A stretch of 64,000 nucleotides of DNA from Pararhizobium sp. (GCF_030655075.1 NZ_JAURWE010000061.1), one strand, 5' to 3'; shown: positions 18,156 to 26,751, counted from the first letter of the stretch. The notes: generated by a model not told the origin, from the sequence alone. A program made the numbers and translations.

Positions 18156-18625
18156 GTGGCCGTCCTATCCCAATAATATTGCCAAGGCCCTTTGTTGTCT
18201 TTGGTCCGTTGAAGGCTGCCTTTGTTAAAGAGACTACTAGTGGCGGCGCCGACTTGATTTAGGTTGTGTGTCCAGCCCTTGATTCTTAACGCAAGTACTA
18301 TAGCTCCTGGCCCACGATGCTCTTTGAAAAAGCCCTCATCTTTCAAGATTTGAATGCGGGCCGGGCAAGATTGTCCAGCGGGTGGCTGTTTCATCGACTT
18401 ACGCACACGCTTTTTAGATACATCTGCATTTTCGTTTAAAGTGTTTTCCTCTGTAAACAGCGGTTCATCAACGACTTCGTTTATTTCAACACTTTGTGGA
18501 CGATTTCCAAAACCTGCCTTTTCTATAAGCGGGAATAGCTTCGTCAACATGCCTTCAACAAACTCCTTTTCGCCTTCGACGTCTATGACACCAGCGGGAG
18601 CGTCAATATGAATGCGGTCTGTCAT
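18152..18625 (-). CDS. hypothetical protein: small N-terminal domain, charged linker, C-terminal winged-helix-like domain
   Basis: 157 aa. GAAGAGG SD lies 4 nt before the ATG at 18625. AT-rich. The C-terminus ARIQILKDEGFF...IVLALRIKGW...NKGSLQRTKDNKGPWQYYW looks like an Mrr_N-type wHTH. Translationally coupled to the downstream gene. Confidence 0.7.
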   Translation of the reverse strand: MTDRIHIDAPAGVIDVEGEKEFVEGMLTKLFPLIEKAGFGNRPQSVEINEVVDEPLFTEENTLNENADVSKKRVRKSMKQPPAGQSCPARIQILKDEGFFKEHRGPGAIVLALRIKGWTHNLNQVGAATSSLFNKGSLQRTKDNKGPWQYYWDRTAT

Positions 18626-18897
18626 GCTACCTCTTCGATAATGGTTGCTTCGCTATATTCTCCGAAGTTGTAGACCGATCAAGGTGTTTTTTGTGCCAAA
18701 TACGTTGCCGACATTGATGTGGATTTTGGGTTTACCAACCACCTCGTAAAACTCCAAAGCAATCCAGTCTAAATCCTCCACCCCCTTCCCATCTCCCCCC
18801 AATCCCTTTATACCGCGCGGCGCACGCGCCGGCTCGTCCCGGCAATCGCTCACCCCACCCGCATTCGTTGGCGGGACTGGAAAATTGGAGAAGACCG

Positions 18898-20877
18898 ATG
18901 TCCGTTTCCCTGACTTTTCCCGATGGCTCTGTTCGCGACTACGCCGAAGGCACGTCCGGCCGCGAGGTTGCTGAATCGATTTCGAAATCGTTGGCCAAGA
19001 AGGCGGTCGCCATCGCCATCGACGGCAGCTTGCGCGATCTGTCCGATGCGGTCGTGACCGGCAGGCTCGAGATCGTCACCCGCGACGATCCGCGCGCGCT
19101 CGAACTGATCCGTCACGATGCCGCCCATGTGATGGCCGAAGCCGTGCAGGAGCTGTTTCCGGGAACGCAGGTGACCATCGGCCCGGTCATCGACAACGGC
19201 TTCTACTACGACTTCGCCAAGGCCGAACCTTTCACGCCGGACGATCTGCCGAAGATCGAAAAGAAGATGAAAGAGATCATCCTGCGCAACAAGCCCTTCA
19301 CGAAAGAGGTCTGGTCGCGCGACAAGGCGAAAGAAGTCTTTGCCGCCAAGGGCGAGGCCTACAAGCTCGAGCTGATCGACGCCATTCCCGAGGGCCAGAA
19401 CCTCAACATTTATGCGCAGGGCGACTGGTTCGACCTCTGCCGCGGCCCGCACATGGCCTCCACCGGCCAGATCGGCAATGCCTTCAAGCTGATGAAGGTG
19501 GCCGGTGCCTATTGGCGCGGCGATAGTAACAATGTCATGCTGACGCGCATCTACGGCACCGCCTGGCACAGCCAGGAAGAGCTCGACCAGTATCTGCATG
19601 TGCTGGCCGAGGCCGAAAAGCGCGATCACCGCAAGCTCGGCCGCGAGATGGACCTGTTCCTTTTCCAGGAAGTGGGCCCCGGCGTCGTCTTCTGGCACGG
19701 CAAGGGCTGGCGTGTCTTCCAGACGCTTGTCGCCTATATGCGCCGGCGCCTGGCCGGCACCTATCAGGAGGTCAACGCGCCGCAGGTGCTCGACAAGTCG
19801 CTGTGGGAAACGTCCGGCCACTGGGGCTGGTACCGCGACAACATGTTCAAGGTGACCGTGGCCGGCGACGAGACCGACGACGAGCGTGTCTTCGCGCTGA
19901 AACCGATGAACTGCCCGGGCCATGTGCAGATCTTCAAACATGGCCTCAAGAGCTACCGCGAGCTGCCCATTCGCCTCGCCGAATTCGGCAATGTCCACCG
20001 CTACGAGCCCTCGGGCGCGCTGCACGGGCTGATGCGCGTGCGCGGCTTCACCCAGGACGACGCCCATGTCTTCTGCACCGACGAGCAGATGGCGGCCGAG
20101 TGCCTCAGGATCAACGACCTGATCCTCTCGGTCTACAAGGATTTCGGTTTCGACGGCGAGATCACCATCAAGCTCTCGACCCGGCCGGAAAAGCGCGTCG
20201 GCGAGGATCACCTCTGGGACCGCGCCGAAAGCGTCATGACCGAGGTTCTCGGCACGATCCAGAAACAGGCCAACAACATCCGCACCGGCATCCTGCCGGG
20301 CGAGGGTGCGTTTTATGGGCCGAAGTTCGAATATACGTTGAAAGACGCCATCGGCCGCGAATGGCAGTGCGGCACGACGCAGGTCGACTTCAACCTGCCG
20401 GAACGGTTTGGCGCCTTCTACATCAACCAGAACTCGGAAAAGCAGCAGCCTGTGATGATCCACCGCGCCATCTGCGGCTCGATGGAACGGTTCCTCGGCA
20501 TTCTCATCGAGAACTTCGCCGGCCATTTCCCGCTGTGGCTGTCGCCGCTGCAGGTGGTGGTGGCGACGATCACGTCCGAGGCCGACGACTACGGCCGCGA
20601 GGTGGCCGAGCTTCTGCGCGAGGCGGGGTTGGAGGTCGAGACCGACTTCCGCAACGAGAAGATCAACTACAAGGTCCGCGAGCACTCGGTGACCAAGGTG
20701 CCGGTGATCATCGTCTGCGGCATGCGCGAGGCCGAGGAACGCTCGGTCAACATCCGCCGCCTCGGCAGCCAGGCGCAGACGCCGATGTCGCTCGACGATG
20801 CCATCGCCTCGCTGGTGGATGAAGCAACGCCGCCGGACCTGAAGCGCAAGGCGGCCGCCAAAGCTGCCCGGGCTTAA
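18898..20877 (+). CDS. thrS: threonyl-tRNA synthetase
   Basis: TGS domain start [15 protein letters not shown]; class II motifs (FRxE-like [11 protein letters not shown]; NCPGHVQIF; [13 protein letters not shown]). GGAG SD before the ATG at 18898. Confidence 0.95.
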   Translation: MSVSLTFPDGSVRDYAEGTSGREVAESISKSLAKKAVAIAIDGSLRDLSDAVVTGRLEIVTRDDPRALELIRHDAAHVMAEAVQELFPGTQVTIGPVIDNGFYYDFAKAEPFTPDDLPKIEKKMKEIILRNKPFTKEVWSRDKAKEVFAAKGEAYKLELIDAIPEGQNLNIYAQGDWFDLCRGPHMASTGQIGNAFKLMKVAGAYWRGDSNNVMLTRIYGTAWHSQEELDQYLHVLAEAEKRDHRKLGREMDLFLFQEVGPGVVFWHGKGWRVFQTLVAYMRRRLAGTYQEVNAPQVLDKSLWETSGHWGWYRDNMFKVTVAGDETDDERVFALKPMNCPGHVQIFKHGLKSYRELPIRLAEFGNVHRYEPSGALHGLMRVRGFTQDDAHVFCTDEQMAAECLRINDLILSVYKDFGFDGEITIKLSTRPEKRVGEDHLWDRAESVMTEVLGTIQKQANNIRTGILPGEGAFYGPKFEYTLKDAIGREWQCGTTQVDFNLPERFGAFYINQNSEKQQPVMIHRAICGSMERFLGILIENFAGHFPLWLSPLQVVVATITSEADDYGREVAELLREAGLEVETDFRNEKINYKVREHSVTKVPVIIVCGMREAEERSVNIRRLGSQAQTPMSLDDAIASLVDEATPPDLKRKAAAKAARA

Positions 20878-20888
20878 AAATACGCACG

Positions 20889-20928
20889 AAAAAGGCCCGT
20901 CGCGAAAAATACGCGGCGGGCCTTTTTG
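20889..20928. terminator. bidirectional terminator between thrS and the small secreted-protein gene
   Basis: GGCCCGTCGCG / CGCGGCGGGCC 11-bp stem flanked by A5 and T5. Confidence 0.85.
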
Positions 20929-20973
20929 TGATCCAGGCTCAGAGCGACGGGTGCTCCGCGCCCGGAAGGTAAA

Positions 20974-21261
20974 TCAGCCTGGTTCCTTCATGGCTTCCAT
21001 GGCTTCGCCGATATGCTTGGTGCAGGCAGCCGTGTCGCCGGCAGCCATCGCCACCTTGGCTTCGCTGACCGCCTTGGCGATCATGTCGTTCTTTTCAGCG
21101 GTCGGGCTTTCGGCCGGATCCTTCTGGGTCGAGGTCAGCTTCGTGACATCGGTTTCCAGCTTGGTGATGGTCGCCTCGTCGCACATTACGGCGTCCTGGG
21201 CATACACGGGGCCGGCAATCAGAAAGGCGACGGTGGCGGCAGCCAGCATGGATTTGATCAT
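20974..21261 (-). CDS. small secreted hypothetical protein
   Basis: Signal peptide MIKSMLAAATVAFLIAGPVYAQ; GGAGGAAAC SD upstream; two Cys in the mature part. No family recognised. Confidence 0.6.
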   Translation of the reverse strand: MIKSMLAAATVAFLIAGPVYAQDAVMCDEATITKLETDVTKLTSTQKDPAESPTAEKNDMIAKAVSEAKVAMAAGDTAACTKHIGEAMEAMKEPG

Positions 21262-21440
21262 TGTTGTTTCCTCCTTGGGGCGCGCCAGTACATTACCGGT
21301 GCGATACAGCCAAGAAACTCGCGAGGTGAGGGGTTGTTCCTCAGGTAAAGAAAAATTAGCCTTAATTTAGCGAGTTATGAAATAATCCATACGCCAATAG
21401 GGCGATTCTGCGGAATGAAAATCCGGCAAGTGGCGGAGCC

Positions 21441-23162
21441 TCAGCTGTCTTTGCCGAAAATGGACTCCAGAGCGGCGTAGGTCGATGCGCCGAACTGGCC
21501 ATCGATCGCCCCATTGTAGAGGCCGGCCTTCTTCAACTGTTCCTGCAGAGCCTTTTTGAAAGGTCCATCCAGATAGGGGCGGCTGATCTTCATCTCGCTC
21601 AGCGCCTGTGCATTGCCGCGCCGGATCGCCACATAGGCAAGCTCGGCCGCCCGTTTGCTGTCCTCGGCCGTCTTTGCCTGGCTGGAGACGATCACCGCAA
21701 GCATATACAGGGAGCCGAGCTGGCCTTTCTCGACCGCGCGCTCGTGCCACTTCCTGGCTTCGGCGATGTTCTTCTCGACGCCGTCTCCCGTGTGATACAT
21801 CACCCCGAGAGCGCTGGCGGAATCGGCGTAGCCGAGGTCGGCTGCGCGCGTGAACCAGCGCAGGGCTTCGGACTTGTTCTGGACGGATTTGGGGCCGCTT
21901 AATCGGAGGATCCCGAGGTTGTTCATCGCCGCCAGCTCTTGCTTTTCAGCAGCCTTCGTCAACACGACGATGGCTTCGTCATAGCGTTTGGCCGTGTAGA
22001 GTGCGCGCCCGTACTGAAACTGGAACCGCACTTCGTCGGGATATTCGGCCAATGCTGCTTCGCAAGCCTTGATGGCTTCCGGCGCATTCATCTCCGTCGC
22101 TGCCACGCCTGGCACGCTCGATATGCGCATCGGGTCGTGCGGGTTGGCCGCCAACCGGTCACAGTCGTTGGCCTCGGCCGTGTTGACCGACAGAGCGTCG
22201 ATCTTCAGCCGGGCAAGCGTGGCAAAGCCGCAATTTGGAAACAGGCGGGCATGCTCCTGGTAGAGGTCGATATTGTCGAGATTCTCAATCGAGCTCCAGT
22301 TGGCGCCCGCATTGTTGCAGGCATCCGACGCCAGCGCATCGCCGGATGGCAGCGATGCGACCTCGGTGCCGTTGCCGGCAGGCTTCAGATAGATCGCCTC
22401 GTCCGGCAGGCTGCCGTAGTCGAACGGCGTCTGGCCGCCGGATGTCTGCTTCTTGACCGAGGCGGCGACGCTGCGGAACAGCATGTTGATCTCGAGGCCG
22501 GGCTTTTCGATATTGGCCAGAAGCGCTGTCGTGTAGGGGCTGTGTTCGCCTTCGCCGTCCTCGGCGATCGTCCCGGCGGCGGCCGAATAGCTGATCAGCA
22601 GCCCGGCGGTCGGCGCTTCGACCTTGGCAAGGCCGCGGCCGATCGACCGGCCCGCCTTGCGGCGCTCCATATCGGCGATGAACGGATTGTTGCGGCACGA
22701 ATCGAGCAGCACCAGCTTCAGCCCCTCGACACCCTCGATGGCGCCGAGCATGTCGTCGAGCGTTATCGTCTCGAACGGCACGCGCGTATCGGACTTCAAT
22801 GTGGCATCGGTCGGAATGAGATAGTTGGTGCCGTTCATCTCCATGGCATGACCGGCATAATAGATGAGCGCGATATCGGCGCCGTCGGACTTTTCCGAAA
22901 AATCGGCCAGCGCCGTCTCGAACGATGCCTTGGTCGCATCGGTGACAAGCGTAACGCCGAAATCGAGCCGCCCCAGCGCCTGCGAAACCGCCGTCGCATC
23001 GTTGATCGGATTGCCGAGCCGACCGACGCTCGTATAGTCGGAATTGCCGATCACCAGCGCCACACGGCCGGCGGCAGAGACGGGCGAGGCGGCAAGGAGC
23101 GCGACGACAACGAGGAGCGCCAACCGGCGGATCGGGGCGGCAGAGAGACCAGAGTGGTGCAT
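21441..23162 (-). CDS. secreted caspase-family (peptidase C14) protein with Sel1/TPR repeats and a C-terminal peptidoglycan-binding domain
   Basis: Signal peptide. C14 dyad context RVALVIGNSDY...IYYAGHAMEMNG...LDSCRNNPF. Sel1-like repeats (AMNNLGILRL, SALGVMYHTGDGVEKNIAEARKWHERA). PG_binding_1-like end (LQEQLKKAGLYNGAIDGQFGASTYAAL). Confidence 0.8.
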   Translation of the reverse strand: MHHSGLSAAPIRRLALLVVVALLAASPVSAAGRVALVIGNSDYTSVGRLGNPINDATAVSQALGRLDFGVTLVTDATKASFETALADFSEKSDGADIALIYYAGHAMEMNGTNYLIPTDATLKSDTRVPFETITLDDMLGAIEGVEGLKLVLLDSCRNNPFIADMERRKAGRSIGRGLAKVEAPTAGLLISYSAAAGTIAEDGEGEHSPYTTALLANIEKPGLEINMLFRSVAASVKKQTSGGQTPFDYGSLPDEAIYLKPAGNGTEVASLPSGDALASDACNNAGANWSSIENLDNIDLYQEHARLFPNCGFATLARLKIDALSVNTAEANDCDRLAANPHDPMRISSVPGVAATEMNAPEAIKACEAALAEYPDEVRFQFQYGRALYTAKRYDEAIVVLTKAAEKQELAAMNNLGILRLSGPKSVQNKSEALRWFTRAADLGYADSASALGVMYHTGDGVEKNIAEARKWHERAVEKGQLGSLYMLAVIVSSQAKTAEDSKRAAELAYVAIRRGNAQALSEMKISRPYLDGPFKKALQEQLKKAGLYNGAIDGQFGASTYAALESIFGKDS

Positions 23163-23260
23163 GTCATATCCTCGAATTCACGGAAACCGCGCATCGGCCG
23201 GGGCATTGAGACTGAAACGGCTGGCGAATGCAAGATATTCGCTTTGTTCGCCGGACGCGC

Positions 23261-24271
23261 TCAGTCCACCCGGCGGCAGGAGCCGCCCAGCACGAACCTT
23301 GGTGGCAAGATGACTTCCTGGGGCGGTTCGGTGGCGCCTTCCGGGGAGGTGATCCTGTGGAGGATCCGGGTTGCGACGGCCCGTCCCATGGCCATCGTGT
23401 CCTGGACGACCATGGTCAGTTTCGGGGTGATGACCTCACTCCACAGGACGTCGTCGATCATGGCGAGGGAGACGTCCTCCGGGCAACGAAATCCCAGTTC
23501 CTGCATCGCCATAAGCGCGGCCAGAGCCATGACATTGTTGGCGCCGATGATCGCCGTCGGCCGGTCGGCCCGTGTCAGGAGCCGCATCGCCTCGCCATAG
23601 GCGGCGCTTTTGACGTAGTTGCCATAGACCACCAGCGAGCGGTCGGGCTCGATACCTGCCCCCGCCATTGTTTGGGTAAAGCCTGTCAAGCGTTCTTGCG
23701 CTGTATAGAGATCGGTTGGTCCGCTGATGAAAGCGATGCGGCGATGGCCAAGCTTGAGCAGATGTTCCGTTAGCATGGCTGTCGCCAGCCGATTGTCGGA
23801 ACCGACGAAGTCACGCTCGATGCCGGCGACCTTCTGGTCGAAGCAAACCACCGGCGTCTTGAGGCGCTGAACGACATCGACATAGGTCTGGTCATAGCCG
23901 TTTGGTGCCAAAACAAGTCCGGCAACCTTCAAGCCGGCGAGATGCTCGATCAATTCGATCTCGCGGCCAGGCTTGCCGGATGAATCGGCGGCCAGGACGA
24001 AGTGACCGTGGTCGATCGCGTAGGTTTCCAGTTCCCGCCTGATATCGCCGAAAAAGGCGTTGCCGATATTGCCGGTTACCAGGCCGATCAGCTTGCTGCG
24101 GCCTTTCGCCAGCGTTTGCGCCAGCGGGTCTGCAGCATAGCCGGTCGCATCGACGGCAACCTGAATGCGCGCCCGTGTTTTCTGATGGACCCGCGCCGGG
24201 TCGCTGAAGGCCAGCGAGACCGTCGAAACGGACACCCCCGCCAGTTTTGCTACATCACGTATCGTTGCCAT
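23261..24271 (-). CDS. LacI-family transcriptional regulator
   Basis: MATIRDVAKLAGVSVSTVSLAF is the canonical LacI HTH, followed by a periplasmic-binding-protein-like fold. The start is chosen at this Met (24271). Confidence 0.9.
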   Translation of the reverse strand: MATIRDVAKLAGVSVSTVSLAFSDPARVHQKTRARIQVAVDATGYAADPLAQTLAKGRSKLIGLVTGNIGNAFFGDIRRELETYAIDHGHFVLAADSSGKPGREIELIEHLAGLKVAGLVLAPNGYDQTYVDVVQRLKTPVVCFDQKVAGIERDFVGSDNRLATAMLTEHLLKLGHRRIAFISGPTDLYTAQERLTGFTQTMAGAGIEPDRSLVVYGNYVKSAAYGEAMRLLTRADRPTAIIGANNVMALAALMAMQELGFRCPEDVSLAMIDDVLWSEVITPKLTMVVQDTMAMGRAVATRILHRITSPEGATEPPQEVILPPRFVLGGSCRRVD

Positions 24272-24438
24272 CTGCTCTTCGAACCGTTTCATAAGAAATT
24301 TGGCTGACGCGCCCTGATTCACTCCAGAAAATACGATACTTCGGTCCTTGTGGTCAATGTTTGCGGTTCTCACTCAATCTCGAGCGAATAATGCGATTAT
24401 TTTTCTAATATATTATCAACACAGCTGTTGACAACAAA

Positions 24439-24476
24439 TCGAACCGGTACGATCCTTGGCTATCGTACCGGTTCGA
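24439..24476. promoter_or_regulatory. perfect 15-bp inverted repeat (candidate LacI-type operator pair) in the lacI/fucosidase divergent region
   Basis: TCGAACCGGTACGAT - 8 nt - ATCGTACCGGTTCGA. Each arm is centred on CCGG. A perfect TTGACA lies at 24428-24433, just upstream. Confidence 0.45.
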
Positions 24477-24516
24477 CAATTCGAGCCTTTTCATTGATTA
24501 GGGGTGGAGTGATCAT

Positions 24517-25839
24517 ATGAACGAGAGGGTGTCGAAGACAGGATTGGCTGTGCCGGATGGCAAGGTGTGGTTCGATTGGGCCCGTTTCGGCATGTTCATC
24601 CATTTCGGCCTCTATGCACTGGGCGCCCGGCACGAGTGGTTGAAGAGCAAAGAGGAGATGACGACCGAAACCTATGCCAAGTATTTCGAGCATTTCGACC
24701 CCGATCTTTACGACCCGAAGGACTGGGCTCGCAAGGCCCGCGAATCGGGCATGAAATATGTGGTGTTGACGGCCAAGCACCATGATGGATTTTGTCTGTG
24801 GGACAGCAAGTTTACCGATTACAAGGCGACCAGGACGCCCTACGGCGCGGACCTGCTCGGCCCTTTCGTCGAGGCGTTCCGCGCCGAAGGTCTCAAGGTC
24901 GGCTTCTACTACTCGCTGCTGGACTGGCACCACCCCGATTTTACCATCGACAGACACCACCCGCAGCGCAATCATCCCGATGTCGCATCTCTGAATGCCG
25001 GACGCGATGGTGCGCGGTACGCGGCCTACATGCGCGATCAGGTCACGGAATTGCTGACCGGTTTCGGCAAAATCGATATCATCTGGTTCGATTTCAGTTA
25101 TCCGCACCGTCCGTACAAGGGGTTGCCGGGCAAGGGTCGCGACGACTGGGAGAGCGAAGAGCTGATTACGCTGGTGCGGCATTTGCAGTCCGATATCATC
25201 GTCGGCGACCGGCTGGACCTGCCGACGGACGGCAATCACCCCAAGGATCTGGCAACACCGGAGCAATATACGCCCCGCATCGCCCCAACGCTGGATGGCA
25301 AGCCGGTCCGGTGGGAGGTGTGCCACACCATGGGCGGCGCCTGGGGCTATCACCGCGATGAGGAGAGCTGGAAGGACGCCGCTCAACTCATCAATCTTTT
25401 GATCGACGCGGTCTCGCTCGGCGGCAATCTGCTGATGAATGTCGGTCCGAACGGACGGGGGGCCTTCGATGGGCGGGCTGAACGGGCGCTTGTCATCTAT
25501 CGAACCTGGATGGATCTGAATGCGCGCTCGATTCACGGTGCGGGTGCGTCGAGGTTTGTAGCCCCCAATGGCTGCAAATTTACCCAATCCCGCAACCGGC
25601 TGTATCTGCATATCCAGACCTGGCCGTTTCGCCACATCCATATCGAACGGCTCGCGGGCAAGGTGAAATACGCCCAGTTCCTGCACGATGCCAGTGAGGT
25701 GCAGTGGCTCGATCCGGTGCTGCAGAGCGAAGGCGACAACATGAGCGTTGTTGGCGGCGAGGGCATTCTGACGCTCGAACTGCCGGTGCGCAGGCCCGAA
25801 GTCGTCGTGCCGGTCATCGAACTCATCCTCGAAGCCTGA
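24517..25839 (+). CDS. alpha-L-fucosidase (GH29)
   Basis: WFDWARFGMFIHFGLYA...KYVVLTAKHHDGFCLWDS...GKIDIIWFDF is the GH29 signature. Confidence 0.85.
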   Translation: MNERVSKTGLAVPDGKVWFDWARFGMFIHFGLYALGARHEWLKSKEEMTTETYAKYFEHFDPDLYDPKDWARKARESGMKYVVLTAKHHDGFCLWDSKFTDYKATRTPYGADLLGPFVEAFRAEGLKVGFYYSLLDWHHPDFTIDRHHPQRNHPDVASLNAGRDGARYAAYMRDQVTELLTGFGKIDIIWFDFSYPHRPYKGLPGKGRDDWESEELITLVRHLQSDIIVGDRLDLPTDGNHPKDLATPEQYTPRIAPTLDGKPVRWEVCHTMGGAWGYHRDEESWKDAAQLINLLIDAVSLGGNLLMNVGPNGRGAFDGRAERALVIYRTWMDLNARSIHGAGASRFVAPNGCKFTQSRNRLYLHIQTWPFRHIHIERLAGKVKYAQFLHDASEVQWLDPVLQSEGDNMSVVGGEGILTLELPVRRPEVVVPVIELILEA

Positions 25840-25896
25840 CCGGGAAAGGGCATTCGCTGACAGGACGCGCCACAGGCAGACGAAGGAGGAGGAAAC

Positions 25897-26751
25897 ATGA
25901 ACAACCTATTTTTTGCGGCCGCTCCGGAAACCGGCGCTGTATCCTGCAGCAGCCATAGAGGCCCGAAAAGCATCGAACCGGACCTTTTTGCCGACATGGC
26001 GCCGGTTCTGGCAGATCTGGCCGAGACAGGGGCCGGGGCGGTATCCTTGGGCGGGTCCCGGGCCAAGAAGCGGTCGGACTCACAATCGGACTATGATTTT
26101 CGCGTCTATGCCAAGGCGTTCAAGGGGCCGGAGCTGGAGCAGACCAGCGCCTGGGGACGGTTTGAAGAGGTCTGGCGCCTCTGGGAAGCCAGAGGCTTGC
26201 GCATCGACGGAGTCTGGTGGCGCGAATATGGCAGCGTGCAGAGGAAGCTGGATGCCTGGATGTCCGGAACGGCCGTCGCCGATCCCTATGTATGGACGAT
26301 CTGGGGCTATCATCTGCCCACCGATCTTGCTCATCAGATCATCATCACGGATCCCGATGGAATTCTGACCGGTTGGAAGGCACAGCTATCGACCTATCCG
26401 GAGGCCTTGCGGAAATCGATCATCGCCAAGCATCTACCGGTGCTGAGATACTGGGCGGCGGACTACCACTATGCCAGCAAAGTGCAGTGTGGCGATGCCG
26501 TGTTTCTGGCCGGCCTGACCGCAAAGCTGGTGCAGGCCATCCTGCAGATCATTTTTGCCCTCAATCGCACCTACTATCCCGGTGACGGCTGGAACCTCGC
26601 AATCGCTGATGGTTTCGCAACGCTTCCGCGCTCTTTCGGAGCAAGGATGGCCGCAATCCTGCAACCCTGCAATGATTCAAACAGCGTCCAGCGACAACGG
26701 GCCGAGCTCATTGCCATCATTTCCGAACTGGAGGTGCTGGTCGTGGAATAG
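25897..26751 (+). CDS. nucleotidyltransferase-fold / DUF4037-like protein
   Basis: GGSRAKKRSDSQSDYDFRVY resembles the GS...DxD minimal NTase motif. The helical C-terminal half resembles DUF4037. Family assignment is tentative. Confidence 0.5.
   Translation: MNNLFFAAAPETGAVSCSSHRGPKSIEPDLFADMAPVLADLAETGAGAVSLGGSRAKKRSDSQSDYDFRVYAKAFKGPELEQTSAWGRFEEVWRLWEARGLRIDGVWWREYGSVQRKLDAWMSGTAVADPYVWTIWGYHLPTDLAHQIIITDPDGILTGWKAQLSTYPEALRKSIIAKHLPVLRYWAADYHYASKVQCGDAVFLAGLTAKLVQAILQIIFALNRTYYPGDGWNLAIADGFATLPRSFGARMAAILQPCNDSNSVQRQRAELIAIISELEVLVVE

Noticed and set aside
18653-18853. A 66-aa ORF between the AT-rich cassette and thrS, as a full-length gene.
   Set aside because: Its 5' third lies in the GC-rich thrS leader and has no SD. 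Only the AT-rich 3' part (a possible 42-aa GTG-initiated ORF) is kept as a low-confidence idea in the findings.
17100-18900. The AT-rich region considered as a prophage, integrative element or IS.
   Set aside because: No integrase, transposase, recombinase, tRNA target or flanking direct repeats could be identified. Only two (possibly three) small genes are present. I therefore describe it as an islet or cargo cassette, not a recognisable mobile element.
18850-20685. A 611-aa ORF antisense to thrS. Similar long antisense ORFs occur at 5992-7647 (opposite argS), 8798-10624 (opposite the SPOR gene), 37584-39653 (opposite parE), 45182-46744, 48265-49800 (opposite pyrG), 60157-61575 (opposite purL), 2280-3599, 21939-23600, 24460-25686, 26895-28097, 39565-40860, 41267-42514, 52141-53235, 53874-55064 and 57797-58831.
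   Set aside because: These are typical high-GC shadow ORFs. Their translations are Arg/Gly/Ala/Asp-rich with no motifs, and the opposite strand carries unmistakable conserved proteins.
24439-24476. A GGTTCGA-containing sequence that might hint at a tRNA T-arm.
   Set aside because: It is one arm of a perfect 15-bp inverted repeat in a promoter region. There is no acceptor or anticodon arm, and no tRNA-like cloverleaf is possible.
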